DNA from: an uncultured Candidatus Saccharimonas sp. | GTDB taxonomy: Bacteria > Patescibacteriota > Saccharimonadia > Saccharimonadales > OMJO01 | Direction: 5' to 3' | NCBI GenBank assembly: GCA_943353165.1 | Contig: CALRAM010000002.1 | Coordinates: forward strand, 65,716 to 129,715 | DNA length: 64,000 bases | Shown here: in pieces, positions 22,889 through 30,767 of the stretch | How the letters are laid out: each line of letters begins with the position of its first letter | How positions within the stretch are numbered: position 1 is the first letter of the stretch | Notes under the pieces: generated by a model | Told to the model about the DNA's origin: nothing | Database searches by the model: none | Seen by the model: the letters and a program-made list of their open reading frames with translations, nothing else | Translations under genes and position numbers: made by a program

Positions 22889-24412
22889 ATGAATGAACAA
22901 TTGCAATCAAAGCTAGCAACCTTGCCCCAGACCCCGGGAGTGTATTTTCATAAAGACAAAAGTGGGCAGATTATCTATGTAGGCAAGGCAGCGGTTTTGA
23001 GCAATCGCGTCAGGCAGTATTTCCGCCCTTCGACTGCGCTCAGGGTAGAAAAAAGTGATCCGAAAACGGCGGCTTTGATCAGTGAAATTGCTGATACTGA
23101 CTGGGTGGAAGTCGACAGCGAGCTAGACGCGCTGTTTTTGGAGGCTGAAATGGTGCGGCGCTATATGCCACGCTACAATATTTTGCTCCGCGACGACAAA
23201 TCTATGGTCTATATTCGCATAGATTACGACAGTGCCTACCCGACGGTTGGGACCACTCGGCGTCCGCTGGACGACGGTGCACGGTATTTTGGACCATATC
23301 TCAGTGCCGTCAGTGTCCGGCAGGCTCTAAAATTGTTACGGCGTGTTTTTCCATTTGCCACCAGCCGACAAACTGGGTCAAAGCGAGTCGGCTTGCATTA
23401 TCATTTGGGCCTAGATCCAGGACTGGAAGAAGGCAAAACCAGCCTGGTAGACTATAGAGCAAATCTGCGAAAACTCATCAGCTACATACAAGGAAATAGA
23501 ACCAAAATCATAAAAGACCTAGAAAAAGAGATGAAAAAACTAGCTACCGCCAAAGATTTTGAAGCCGCCACCCTCGTCCGCAATCAACTGTTTGCACTAA
23601 AGAACCTGACCAAACAAATCGTGTTTGGCGACAAAGAATTCCTAGATATCAGCAAAGACCACGCCCTAAATGAACTAGCAGAACTGCTGGGATTATCAAA
23701 ATCTCCAAAAAGGATAGAAGGTTATGATATCAGCCACATGTCTGGCACAGATGTGGTTGCCAGTATGGTGGTCTTTTCCAACGGTGCTAGCGACAAAGCC
23801 CAGTACCGCAAGTTCAAGACAAAGATAGACCAAAACAATGACTTTTATAATATGCACGAAACTATTGCTCGTCGTTTTAAGCAAAAAAATATCAAAAGCT
23901 GGGGCCTGCCGGATTTGGTGTTAATTGACGGCGGCAAAGGTCAGCTAGACGCTGCTGTTCGTGCCAGAGACGAAACGGGACAAAGTCATATTCCATTCAT
24001 AGGGTTGGCAAAGCGTTTAGAGCAGATTGTAATACGCAAGGCGGATAATCAGGGAAATGGAAGTGGAAGTGGCGTTACGATAGATGCTAGTGTCGTAAAA
24101 AGCTTGGGCGGATATATGACGGAGACAGACGACTACATTTTGATAGATATACCACACAGTTCCAATCTGATAAAGCTACTGCAACGGATTCGGGACGAAT
24201 CGCACAGGTTTGCAGTCAGTTATCATAGCGTCCTCAAAACAAAGAGGCAGACTAGTAGCGTCCTAGACGACATCCCGGGTATCGGTCCTGCCACTAGAAA
24301 AAAGCTGATCAAACACTTTGGCTCGGTTCAGGCTGTGGTGCAGGCTGACACTGCAGAATTGGTCAAGCTAGTCGGTCCAAAAACTACAGATGCCTTACGC
24401 AGGCATCTGTAG
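22889..24412 (+). CDS. uvrC: Excinuclease ABC subunit C
   Basis: GIY-YIG motif (GVYFHKDKSGQIIYVGKA), HRFAVSYH and a C-terminal HhH (GIGPATRKKL). ATG at 22889 is preferred over the upstream in-frame start, which overlaps trhO. Confidence 0.9.
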   Translation: MNEQLQSKLATLPQTPGVYFHKDKSGQIIYVGKAAVLSNRVRQYFRPSTALRVEKSDPKTAALISEIADTDWVEVDSELDALFLEAEMVRRYMPRYNILLRDDKSMVYIRIDYDSAYPTVGTTRRPLDDGARYFGPYLSAVSVRQALKLLRRVFPFATSRQTGSKRVGLHYHLGLDPGLEEGKTSLVDYRANLRKLISYIQGNRTKIIKDLEKEMKKLATAKDFEAATLVRNQLFALKNLTKQIVFGDKEFLDISKDHALNELAELLGLSKSPKRIEGYDISHMSGTDVVASMVVFSNGASDKAQYRKFKTKIDQNNDFYNMHETIARRFKQKNIKSWGLPDLVLIDGGKGQLDAAVRARDETGQSHIPFIGLAKRLEQIVIRKADNQGNGSGSGVTIDASVVKSLGGYMTETDDYILIDIPHSSNLIKLLQRIRDESHRFAVSYHSVLKTKRQTSSVLDDIPGIGPATRKKLIKHFGSVQAVVQADTAELVKLVGPKTTDALRRHL

Positions 24413-24502
24413 TAGTTCTATATAACTCCCCGACCGTTTACCCCAGATATTCCAGAATCAAAAAACTTGGCAGCACAATATCTGCTATACTAATGGGTCG
24501 AT

Positions 24503-25762
24503 ATGGGAAAACACTTTGAGGCGGGGTTTTTTGCAAACAACCGTCAACAACTGAGGAATATATTTACTGGTACAGCACCGATAGTACTGACAGCACACGG
24601 TCAGCTACAGAGTAGCTCGGACATGACTTTTCCGTTTCGCCAAGACAGCAATTTTTGGTACCTGACAGGTCTAAACGAACCAGATATCATCTTGGTTATG
24701 GACAAAGACAAAGAGTATCTGGTGTTGCCTGAACATTTTGATTGGCGCAGTAGTTTTGAGGGCGCTCCTAGTGCGAAAGATATGATCAGGCAATCCGGAA
24801 TAGAAACTGTACTAGACAGCAAGGCAGGCTGGAAACGACTAGGCGGGCGGCTAAACAAAGTCAAACACGCTGCTACATTGGCGGCGCCACCCGCATTTGT
24901 GGCAGGACATGGGTTTTATACCAATCCGGCGCGCAGTAGACTGCACGAACAAATCAAATCGTATAACCAGGACATAGAGCTACTAGACCTAAAACAGCAT
25001 CTGGTAACTATGCGTATGACAAAACAGCCTGCCGAATTAAACGCCATACGCGATGCTATCGGTGTAACGGAGCGGTCGCTAAAAGCCCTGCTCCGAAAAA
25101 GCTGGACTGTAGAAAATACAGAGGCAGATATAGAAGCCGCCATATTGGACAATTTTCGGTCATTTGGAGCAGACCAAGAGGCCTTTGACTGCGTGGTTGG
25201 GGCTGGTTTGCACTCTGTAATCCCGCACTGGAAAGCAGACCAGGCTGCGTTGCCCAAAAAAGGGCTAATAGTTCTAGATGTTGGTGCACAGATGCATCAG
25301 TACGCAGCAGACATTACCCGAACATTTGCCCTAGGCACGCCTAGCCGGAGGATGCAACGTGTATATGACGCGGTTCTGGACGCCCATACCTACGCCCTGA
25401 CCTTGCTGAAGCCAGGAGTTGTGCTAAAAGAGTACGAACTAGATATGGAGCGATATATGGGCGAAAAACTACGCGAGCTAGGACTGATAAAGTCGATAGA
25501 ACACGCCGAAGTCCGCAAATACTTTCCGCACTACACTACCCACCATTTGGGATTGGACGCTCATGACGACTCTGACTACGCTGTGCCGCTGAAACCAAAT
25601 ATGGTGCTGACAGTCGAACCAGGCATATATATCCCCAGCGAAGCCATAGGTGTCAGGATAGAAGACGATGTGCTAATAACAGAGAACGGTGCAGAAATAT
25701 TGTCTGATGGGTTGTCACGCGAGCTAAAATCTCTTACAATGAATGTAGCAAAAAACTTATGA
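24503..25762 (+). CDS. M24B Xaa-Pro aminopeptidase/dipeptidase
   Basis: Metal ligand motifs DVGAQMHQYAADITRT, HHLGLDAHD, VEPGIY and RIEDDV. Confidence 0.85.
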   Translation: MGKHFEAGFFANNRQQLRNIFTGTAPIVLTAHGQLQSSSDMTFPFRQDSNFWYLTGLNEPDIILVMDKDKEYLVLPEHFDWRSSFEGAPSAKDMIRQSGIETVLDSKAGWKRLGGRLNKVKHAATLAAPPAFVAGHGFYTNPARSRLHEQIKSYNQDIELLDLKQHLVTMRMTKQPAELNAIRDAIGVTERSLKALLRKSWTVENTEADIEAAILDNFRSFGADQEAFDCVVGAGLHSVIPHWKADQAALPKKGLIVLDVGAQMHQYAADITRTFALGTPSRRMQRVYDAVLDAHTYALTLLKPGVVLKEYELDMERYMGEKLRELGLIKSIEHAEVRKYFPHYTTHHLGLDAHDDSDYAVPLKPNMVLTVEPGIYIPSEAIGVRIEDDVLITENGAEILSDGLSRELKSLTMNVAKNL

Positions 25763-26142
25763 AAAACCCTACAACACGCTTTTTAGTTCGATGGTTTGTC
25801 TGCAGTCTGGGACTGTGGGTAGCGGCATTACTGCTCAGCCAAAATGTTAGCTATGACAGCATGTCTGCTGTCATAATAGCTGGACTGATACTGGCAATTG
25901 TCAATGTGTTCATAAAACCAATAGTTGTCATACTGTCTTTACCGGCTATTTTGTTCAGCCTAGGCCTGTTTATGATAGTCATAAATGGTCTGATGGTAAT
26001 GCTGGTTAGCAAGCTATACGAACCCCTAAAAGTATCTAACTTTTGGGCGGCAATGCTTGCCGGTATGGTTATAGGCTTGGTAAACTACTTTGTGACAGCC
26101 ATTTTTGAAGAAAAATTATCTGCAAAGAGAAAAATCACATGA
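25759..26142 (+). CDS. Small membrane protein, YvlD/DUF360 (phage holin 4-like) family
   Basis: 127 aa with four TM segments. The pattern IKPIVVILSLPAILFSLGLF...INGLMV is typical of the family. Confidence 0.6.
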   Translation: MKNPTTRFLVRWFVCSLGLWVAALLLSQNVSYDSMSAVIIAGLILAIVNVFIKPIVVILSLPAILFSLGLFMIVINGLMVMLVSKLYEPLKVSNFWAAMLAGMVIGLVNYFVTAIFEEKLSAKRKIT

Positions 26143-26351
26143 CAATATACAATTACCTAACTATCGGATCAACATTGTTGTTGATTGTCCTAATTTTGAT
26201 ACAAACTCGTGGAGCTAGCTTGGGCGCTGGTATGGGAGGTGGTGGCGAAGTCAACATAGTTCGTCGTGGCTCCGACAAATCAATTCACCAGCTAACCATT
26301 GTAGTTGCATTTGTGTTTACTGGCTCGCTGATTTTGGGCATCGTGGCATAA
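26139..26351 (+). CDS. secG: Preprotein translocase subunit SecG
   Basis: 70 aa with two TM helices and a Gly-rich loop (LIQTRGASLGAGMGGGGE). Confidence 0.7.
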   Translation: MTIYNYLTIGSTLLLIVLILIQTRGASLGAGMGGGGEVNIVRRGSDKSIHQLTIVVAFVFTGSLILGIVA

Positions 26352-26366
26352 ACAAAAGGTGAACCT

Positions 26367-28148
26367 ATGATTGACCGCAAAACCAAACTGCGTTGGCGGC
26401 GAAATGTACGCCGTGGCAGACGTCAGGTAGAAGACTTGGGCTCTCAGGCAGAAGAGAATTTGGAGAGGCACTTTTTTCGTCGATTTGGAAAACTACTGGA
26501 TGTTCGCAGGTTCGTAATAGGCTGGATGTTGCTGGTTGTATTGTTGTTGGCTGGGGTTTCTCTCCAAACTCGATCGCTGGGTGGGTACTACAAAACCATG
26601 CGCCCTGTAAAAGGAGGCACGTATTCAGAGGGCATTTTGGGATCATTTACAAATGCTAGTCCGCTTTATGCTGCTGGGGCAGTTAATACTTCTGTCTCAA
26701 AACTGCTGTTTGCTAGCTTGTTCAAAATAGATCAAAACGGGGCTCTGGTTTCTGATTTGGCCGTCAAGTATGTTGCTGATGCTAACGGAGTCAAGTACAC
26801 GGTGACACTACGAGACAAATTGACATGGCACGATGGCATACCCTTGACTGCTGACGACGTCGTCTTTACCTATCGCACTATTCAGAACGCGGACGCCAAA
26901 TCACCATTATTTAGTAGCTGGCAGGGCATAAAAGTAGAGGCCACCAATATTTATACAGTTGTTTTTACGCTACCTAATTCGCTGAGCGCTTTTCCGTATT
27001 CTATGACAAACGGGATTGTCCCAAAGCATATCTTAGAAAATGTACCGGTTACTCAACTCCGTTCTGTGCCATTCAATACAAACCAGCCTGTAGGTTCGGG
27101 CCCGTTTATGTGGAATAGAGTGGAAGTCACTGGCAAAACCCCTGAAACCCGCGAAGAAAAGGTCGGTTTGATACCGTTTGACGGGTATCACGAGGGCAAA
27201 CCAAACATAGATAATTTTGTTGTCCGATCATTTAGAAACATCCAAAATATGGAAGAAAGTTTTTATAGTGGAGCATTGGACGCTATGGTTGGTCTGGATG
27301 CAGCTCCCAAAAAATTAAAAGATAACAAAAATATAGTCGAGTACAGCGTGCCGTTAGAGGGGTTGGTGTCGGTGTTTCTGAAAACAACTAGCGATATTTT
27401 TGTAGATGTAAAAGTTAGGCAGGCTGTAGTCCAGTCCATAGATCAGGCCAGTCTGTTAAATGGTTTGGGTTTTCCTGCTGTTTTGGCAAATTCGCCGATA
27501 CTTCGTTCGCAAACTGGTTACGACAAAACCATCGTCCAGTTAGCCTACGACAAAGCTGTCGCCAACGCGTTACTGGATTCTGCTGGCTGGACAAAGGGCG
27601 CAAATGGTATGCGGTTCAAAGACAAAAAGCCACTAACCTTTACGCTGGTTTCTCAAAATACAGAGGGGTACTCTCTAGTGACCAAAGATTTACAAAAGCA
27701 GTGGAAGTCCGTTGGTATTGATGTTGTTGTCCAGTTGCAGCCTGGAGATGATTTTCAGGGATCTGTTTCTAGGCACGACTACGATGCATTGTTGTACGGA
27801 ATCGCAATCGGACCTGACCCCGATGTTTTTGCGTACTGGCACAGCACTCAAGCTAATCTGAGCTCGGCTACACGATTAAATCTGTCAGAATATAAATCAG
27901 CCGTAGCCGACAAATCTCTAGAAGCGGGCAGAACCAGAACTGACCCTTCCGTTCGCACGGTAAAGTATCGTCCTTTTTTGGAAGCCTGGCGGTCGGATGC
28001 CCCGGCAATTGTGTTGTATCAACCACGGTTTTACTATCTGGCTAGAAGCAAAGTTTTTAGCTTTAACCCGCGATTATTTAACGAGCCCTCGGACCGGTTT
28101 TCAAATGTAAGCCAATGGATGATACGTCAACAAAAAATAGTAAACTAG
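26367..28148 (+). CDS. ABC transporter substrate-binding protein, family 5 (peptide/nickel type), membrane anchored
   Basis: KLTWHDGIPLTADDVVFTY-type motif and 593 aa length. Arg-rich N-terminus followed by one TM helix. No permease or ATPase genes adjacent. Confidence 0.75.
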   Translation: MIDRKTKLRWRRNVRRGRRQVEDLGSQAEENLERHFFRRFGKLLDVRRFVIGWMLLVVLLLAGVSLQTRSLGGYYKTMRPVKGGTYSEGILGSFTNASPLYAAGAVNTSVSKLLFASLFKIDQNGALVSDLAVKYVADANGVKYTVTLRDKLTWHDGIPLTADDVVFTYRTIQNADAKSPLFSSWQGIKVEATNIYTVVFTLPNSLSAFPYSMTNGIVPKHILENVPVTQLRSVPFNTNQPVGSGPFMWNRVEVTGKTPETREEKVGLIPFDGYHEGKPNIDNFVVRSFRNIQNMEESFYSGALDAMVGLDAAPKKLKDNKNIVEYSVPLEGLVSVFLKTTSDIFVDVKVRQAVVQSIDQASLLNGLGFPAVLANSPILRSQTGYDKTIVQLAYDKAVANALLDSAGWTKGANGMRFKDKKPLTFTLVSQNTEGYSLVTKDLQKQWKSVGIDVVVQLQPGDDFQGSVSRHDYDALLYGIAIGPDPDVFAYWHSTQANLSSATRLNLSEYKSAVADKSLEAGRTRTDPSVRTVKYRPFLEAWRSDAPAIVLYQPRFYYLARSKVFSFNPRLFNEPSDRFSNVSQWMIRQQKIVN

Positions 28149-28201
28149 TTGAATGCATTAAAGTTCCGGGATCGAAACCGATTGAACCTAGTTCAGTAGG
28201 A

Positions 28202-28230
28202 TTGTGACAGTGAGCGCAATCTTGTAAAAT
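28202..28230 (+). promoter_or_regulatory. Promoter of tRNA-Leu(CAG): TTGTGA - 17 nt - TAAAAT
   Basis: -35 at 28202-28207 and -10 at 28225-28230; the tRNA starts 9 nt after the -10. Confidence 0.55.
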
Positions 28231-28238
28231 ATATATAT

Positions 28239-28324
28239 GCGGATGTGGCGAAATGGTAGACGCGCTAGCTTCAGGAGCTAGTGGAGGCAACTCCGTGGAG
28301 GTTCAAGTCCTCTCATCCGCACCA
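28239..28324 (+). tRNA. tRNA-Leu (anticodon CAG), CCA encoded
   Basis: Hand-folded. Acceptor gcggatg/catccgc, anticodon loop ttCAGga, long variable arm, T arm ggagg-ttcaagt-cctct. Confidence 0.9.
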
Positions 28325-28420
28325 AAAACAGGCTATTATCTGCTATCCGTAGAGTTGTTTTATGGTATTATTTAAGTTGAATATAAGCATAATATATTGG
28401 ACAGGAATTTTAATAGTTTG

Positions 28421-30061
28421 ATGAATAAAATAGCACATTATCTGCAGGAACATTTGTCCGGTGAAGTTATGACCAACCAGGAAGCACTGGAGTATTTTTC
28501 TACCGACGCCAGTATCCTGCGCTTAACTCCATCTATCGTGGTGTACCCACGGAACGAAAACGATATTCGTAAAACTACCAGATTTACTTGGCAATTGGCC
28601 GAAAGAGGCAGAGTAATACCCCTGACTGCTCGTGGATCAGGAACAGATCAGAGCGGCGCAGCGCTTGGTAGCGGGATTGTCATGATTTTCCCTGCTCATA
28701 TGCACAGAGTTTTGGATCTGGATGGAAAGACCGGCACAGTAACCATAGAACCCGGAATAAACTACGGAACACTACAACAAACTCTACATACACACGGCAG
28801 GTTTTTGCCACCGTATCCTGCGTCAAAGGAGTACAGCACAGTTGGAGGTGCCATAAGCAACAATGCCGCTGGGGAAAAAACAATAAAATACGGTAACACC
28901 CGTGATTATGTCAAAAGTTTGCGCGTTGTGCTGGCCAATGGCGAAGTCATAGAAACACGCAGAATATCCAAAAAAGAGCTAAACAAAAAATTGGGGTTGG
29001 CAACCTTTGAGGGTGAAATATATCGTAGCTTAGATGTTTTAATAGAAGAAAATAAAGCCGTATTGTCTAATTTAGCGCCCAAAGTAACAAAGAATTCATC
29101 TGGTTATGCCTTGGATTTGGTAAAACGAAAAGACGGCAGCTTTGACCTGACACCGCTAATTGTTGGCTCGCAGGGCACTTTGGGAGTGGTCAGCGAAGCT
29201 GTACTAGGAACAGAGCCTCATAACCCCAAAACGACATTGATCGTTGCTTTTTTCGACGATTTGGTGGTAGCCGAAGCAGTGTTGTTGGAATTGGATAAAA
29301 TATCTGATACACCAAGCGCCATAGAGGCGGTGGACGGAAATTTGCTAAAACTAGTTAAGTCCAAAAATCCAAATCTACTAAAGGGTGTCATAGATTCAAC
29401 TCTACCAAAGCTAGTTTTGCTGGTAGAGTTTGACAATACAAGCGATCGAATCCAAAAAAGCTTGGCCAAACGCGTAGAAAAGATAATGGCTAGCCAACAG
29501 ATAACCTGTCAGATAGAAACCGATCCCGCTGCACAAGAAAAATTGTGGAGTATCCGCCGAATGTCAGCGACAATTGCGGCTAGTGTTGATGCAAATGGAG
29601 CAAAGGCTTTGCCAATGATAGAAGATGGAATTGTGCCATTGGCTAGGTTCAAAGATTATATGCACGGAGTCTATGCACTGTTTGAGCGCTATGGCCTAGA
29701 AGCTGCAGCTTGGGGGCATGCAGGAAACGCCAACCTACATATGCAGCCGTTTCTGAACTTGTCGCAGGTCGGAGACCGTCAAAAAGTATTTAGGTTACTA
29801 GATGAGTACTATGAACTAGTGCTAAGCATGGGCGGTAGTACAACAGCAGAGCATGGCGATGGTCGTATCAGGGGGCCATATTTGCCCAGAATGTTCCAGC
29901 CCGAAGAATATGAATTGTTCCAAAAAACAAAGCAGATTTTTGATCCTTATGGCACCTTGAATCCGGGTGTCAAAATCGATGTAAAGATAGAAGACATAAA
30001 GCCACTACTCAGACACGAATACAGCACGGCTCATTGGCTACAACATATGCCGCACAACTAG
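28421..30061 (+). CDS. FAD-linked oxidase (GlcD / D-lactate dehydrogenase family)
   Basis: FAD_binding_4-type motifs (ARGSGTD, GGAISNNAAGEK) and a C-terminal oxidase domain. The start could be ATG 28421 or TTG 28397. Confidence 0.8.
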   Translation: MNKIAHYLQEHLSGEVMTNQEALEYFSTDASILRLTPSIVVYPRNENDIRKTTRFTWQLAERGRVIPLTARGSGTDQSGAALGSGIVMIFPAHMHRVLDLDGKTGTVTIEPGINYGTLQQTLHTHGRFLPPYPASKEYSTVGGAISNNAAGEKTIKYGNTRDYVKSLRVVLANGEVIETRRISKKELNKKLGLATFEGEIYRSLDVLIEENKAVLSNLAPKVTKNSSGYALDLVKRKDGSFDLTPLIVGSQGTLGVVSEAVLGTEPHNPKTTLIVAFFDDLVVAEAVLLELDKISDTPSAIEAVDGNLLKLVKSKNPNLLKGVIDSTLPKLVLLVEFDNTSDRIQKSLAKRVEKIMASQQITCQIETDPAAQEKLWSIRRMSATIAASVDANGAKALPMIEDGIVPLARFKDYMHGVYALFERYGLEAAAWGHAGNANLHMQPFLNLSQVGDRQKVFRLLDEYYELVLSMGGSTTAEHGDGRIRGPYLPRMFQPEEYELFQKTKQIFDPYGTLNPGVKIDVKIEDIKPLLRHEYSTAHWLQHMPHN

Positions 30062-30077
30062 GACACTGGTTGCCAAA

Positions 30078-30106
30078 TTGAGTTTTTGGCAAAAAAATTG
30101 TAAAAT
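30078..30106 (+). promoter_or_regulatory. Promoter in front of the truncated tRNA-Leu copy: TTGAGT - 17 nt - TAAAAT
   Basis: -35 at 30078-30083 and -10 at 30101-30106. It shares the TTGTAAAAT context with the tRNA-Leu(CAG) promoter. Confidence 0.45.
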
Positions 30107-30156
30107 AACGTGGTAAATGCGCGAGTGGTGGAATGGTAGACACGCTTGTCTGAGGG

Positions 30157-30185
30157 GTGAAACCCGCCTGTGGCGGGTTGCAAGG
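30157..30185 (+). repeat. GC hairpin repeat, copy H1 (gtgaaacccgcc-tgt-ggcgggttgcaagg)
   Basis: Stem 30161-30168 / 30172-30179 with a 3-nt loop. It directly abuts the tRNA-Leu 5' fragment. Confidence 0.85.
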
Positions 30186-30311
30186 TCGGAAGCCTGGATT
30201 GCGCAAGCAACCAAGCTGAGACGGGGTCGCAAATGATTGGGAACTAATGTTCCCAGTAATATTGTGACAGTGCCGCAAGGTGATCCCCGTCTGTGGCAAC
30301 CAAGTCCTCTC

Positions 30312-30320
30312 TGGTATAAT
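30312..30320 (+). promoter_or_regulatory. Extended -10 box TGgTATAAT for the intact tRNA-Leu(GAG)
   Basis: Ends 24 nt upstream of the tRNA 5' end. It sits where the acceptor 3' strand of the truncated copy would be. Confidence 0.55.
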
Positions 30321-30344
30321 TACTTGAACCCTGTATCGATAAAT

Positions 30345-30428
30345 GCGCGAGTGGTGGAATGGTAGACACGCTTGTCTGAGGGGCAAGTGCCGCAAGGTGT
30401 GGAGGTTCAAGTCCTCTCTCGCGCACCA
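30345..30428 (+). tRNA. tRNA-Leu (anticodon GAG), CCA encoded
   Basis: Hand-folded. Acceptor gcgcgag/ctcgcgc, anticodon stem cttgt/gcaag, loop ctGAGgg, variable arm with a GCAA loop, T arm ggagg-ttcaagt-cctct. Confidence 0.9.
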
Positions 30429-30437
30429 AAACAAAAT

Positions 30438-30466
30438 AACGACCTCTAAGGTCGTTTTGTTGTTTT
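30438..30466 (+). terminator. Intrinsic terminator after tRNA-Leu(GAG)
   Basis: Stem aacgacc/ggtcgtt followed by a U-rich tail. Confidence 0.7.
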
Positions 30467-30489
30467 GTAGCCGAGGACTTGAACCGAAA

Positions 30490-30519
30490 GGTGAGACCCG
30501 CCTGTGGCGGGTCGCAAGG
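30490..30519 (+). repeat. GC hairpin repeat, copy H2 (ggtgagacccgcc-tgt-ggcgggtcgcaagg)
   Basis: Stem 30495-30502 / 30506-30513. Confidence 0.85.
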
Positions 30520-30647
30520 ACTATTGACTGATTTAATACTTGTTTTAAGTAAGTCAAAGTCGGGGTTGCGCTAGCGTGACCAAGTCCCCCGCCTGTCTGA
30601 CCGAGCCCCCTGTCTTTTTGACAAGAAGGCCAGGCAGGACGGACAGG

Positions 30648-30756
30648 TCTCTCGCGCACCAAAACAAAATAACGACCTCCATGGTCGTTTTGTTGTTTTG
30701 TAGCCGAGGACTTGAACCGAAAGGCGAGACCCGCCAGTGGCGGGTCTCAAGGACTA
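30648..30756 (+). repeat. 109-nt direct repeat, copy 2 (orphan tRNA-Leu acceptor 3' strand + CCA + terminator + linker + hairpin H3)
   Basis: Starts at tctctcgcgcacca with no tRNA body upstream. The five differences from copy 1 fall in or next to hairpin loops and at one stem-closing position. Confidence 0.9.
30723..30752 (+). repeat. GC hairpin repeat, copy H3 (ggcgagacccgcc-agt-ggcgggtctcaagg)
   Basis: Perfect 10-bp stem gagacccgcc/ggcgggtctc. Confidence 0.85.
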
Positions 30757-30767
30757 GATACTAATTT

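Larger units (their letters stand above)
30114..30344 (+). pseudogene. Truncated, interrupted copy of tRNA-Leu(GAG) fused to a structured insert
   Basis: 30114-30157 is identical to 30340-30383 (leader plus tRNA nt 1-39). The variable arm (30270-30282) and T loop / 3' T stem (30301-30312) reappear. The acceptor 3' strand and CCA are absent. Confidence 0.8.
30415..30523 (+). repeat. 109-nt direct repeat, copy 1 (tRNA-Leu 3' end + terminator + linker + hairpin H2)
   Basis: 104/109 identical to 30648-30756. Confidence 0.9.

Noticed and set aside
30119-30344. The idea that the interrupted tRNA-Leu copy is a group I (or other self-splicing) intron-containing gene, or a Nanoarchaeum-style split tRNA half.
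   Set aside because: Removing the inserts would not restore a tRNA, because the acceptor 3' strand and CCA are missing. The main insertion lies after the anticodon loop, not at the known 34/35-type sites. I could not recognise a group I catalytic core (P3-P7-P9). An intact copy lies immediately downstream.
30009-30662. A 217-aa minus-strand ORF, plus short ORFs at 30038-30232, 30244-30429, 30343-30531 and 30576-30764, covering the tRNA-Leu locus.
   Set aside because: They run antisense or sense through an intact tRNA gene, terminators and GC-rich hairpin repeats. Their length is explained by the lack of stop codons in GC-rich structured DNA, and the translations are low-complexity (Arg/Pro/Gly rich).
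30415-30756. The possibility that the repeats form a CRISPR array.
   Set aside because: There are only two copies of a 109-nt unit, separated by 124 nt. The repeat contains a tRNA end and a terminator. No cas genes are in the window.
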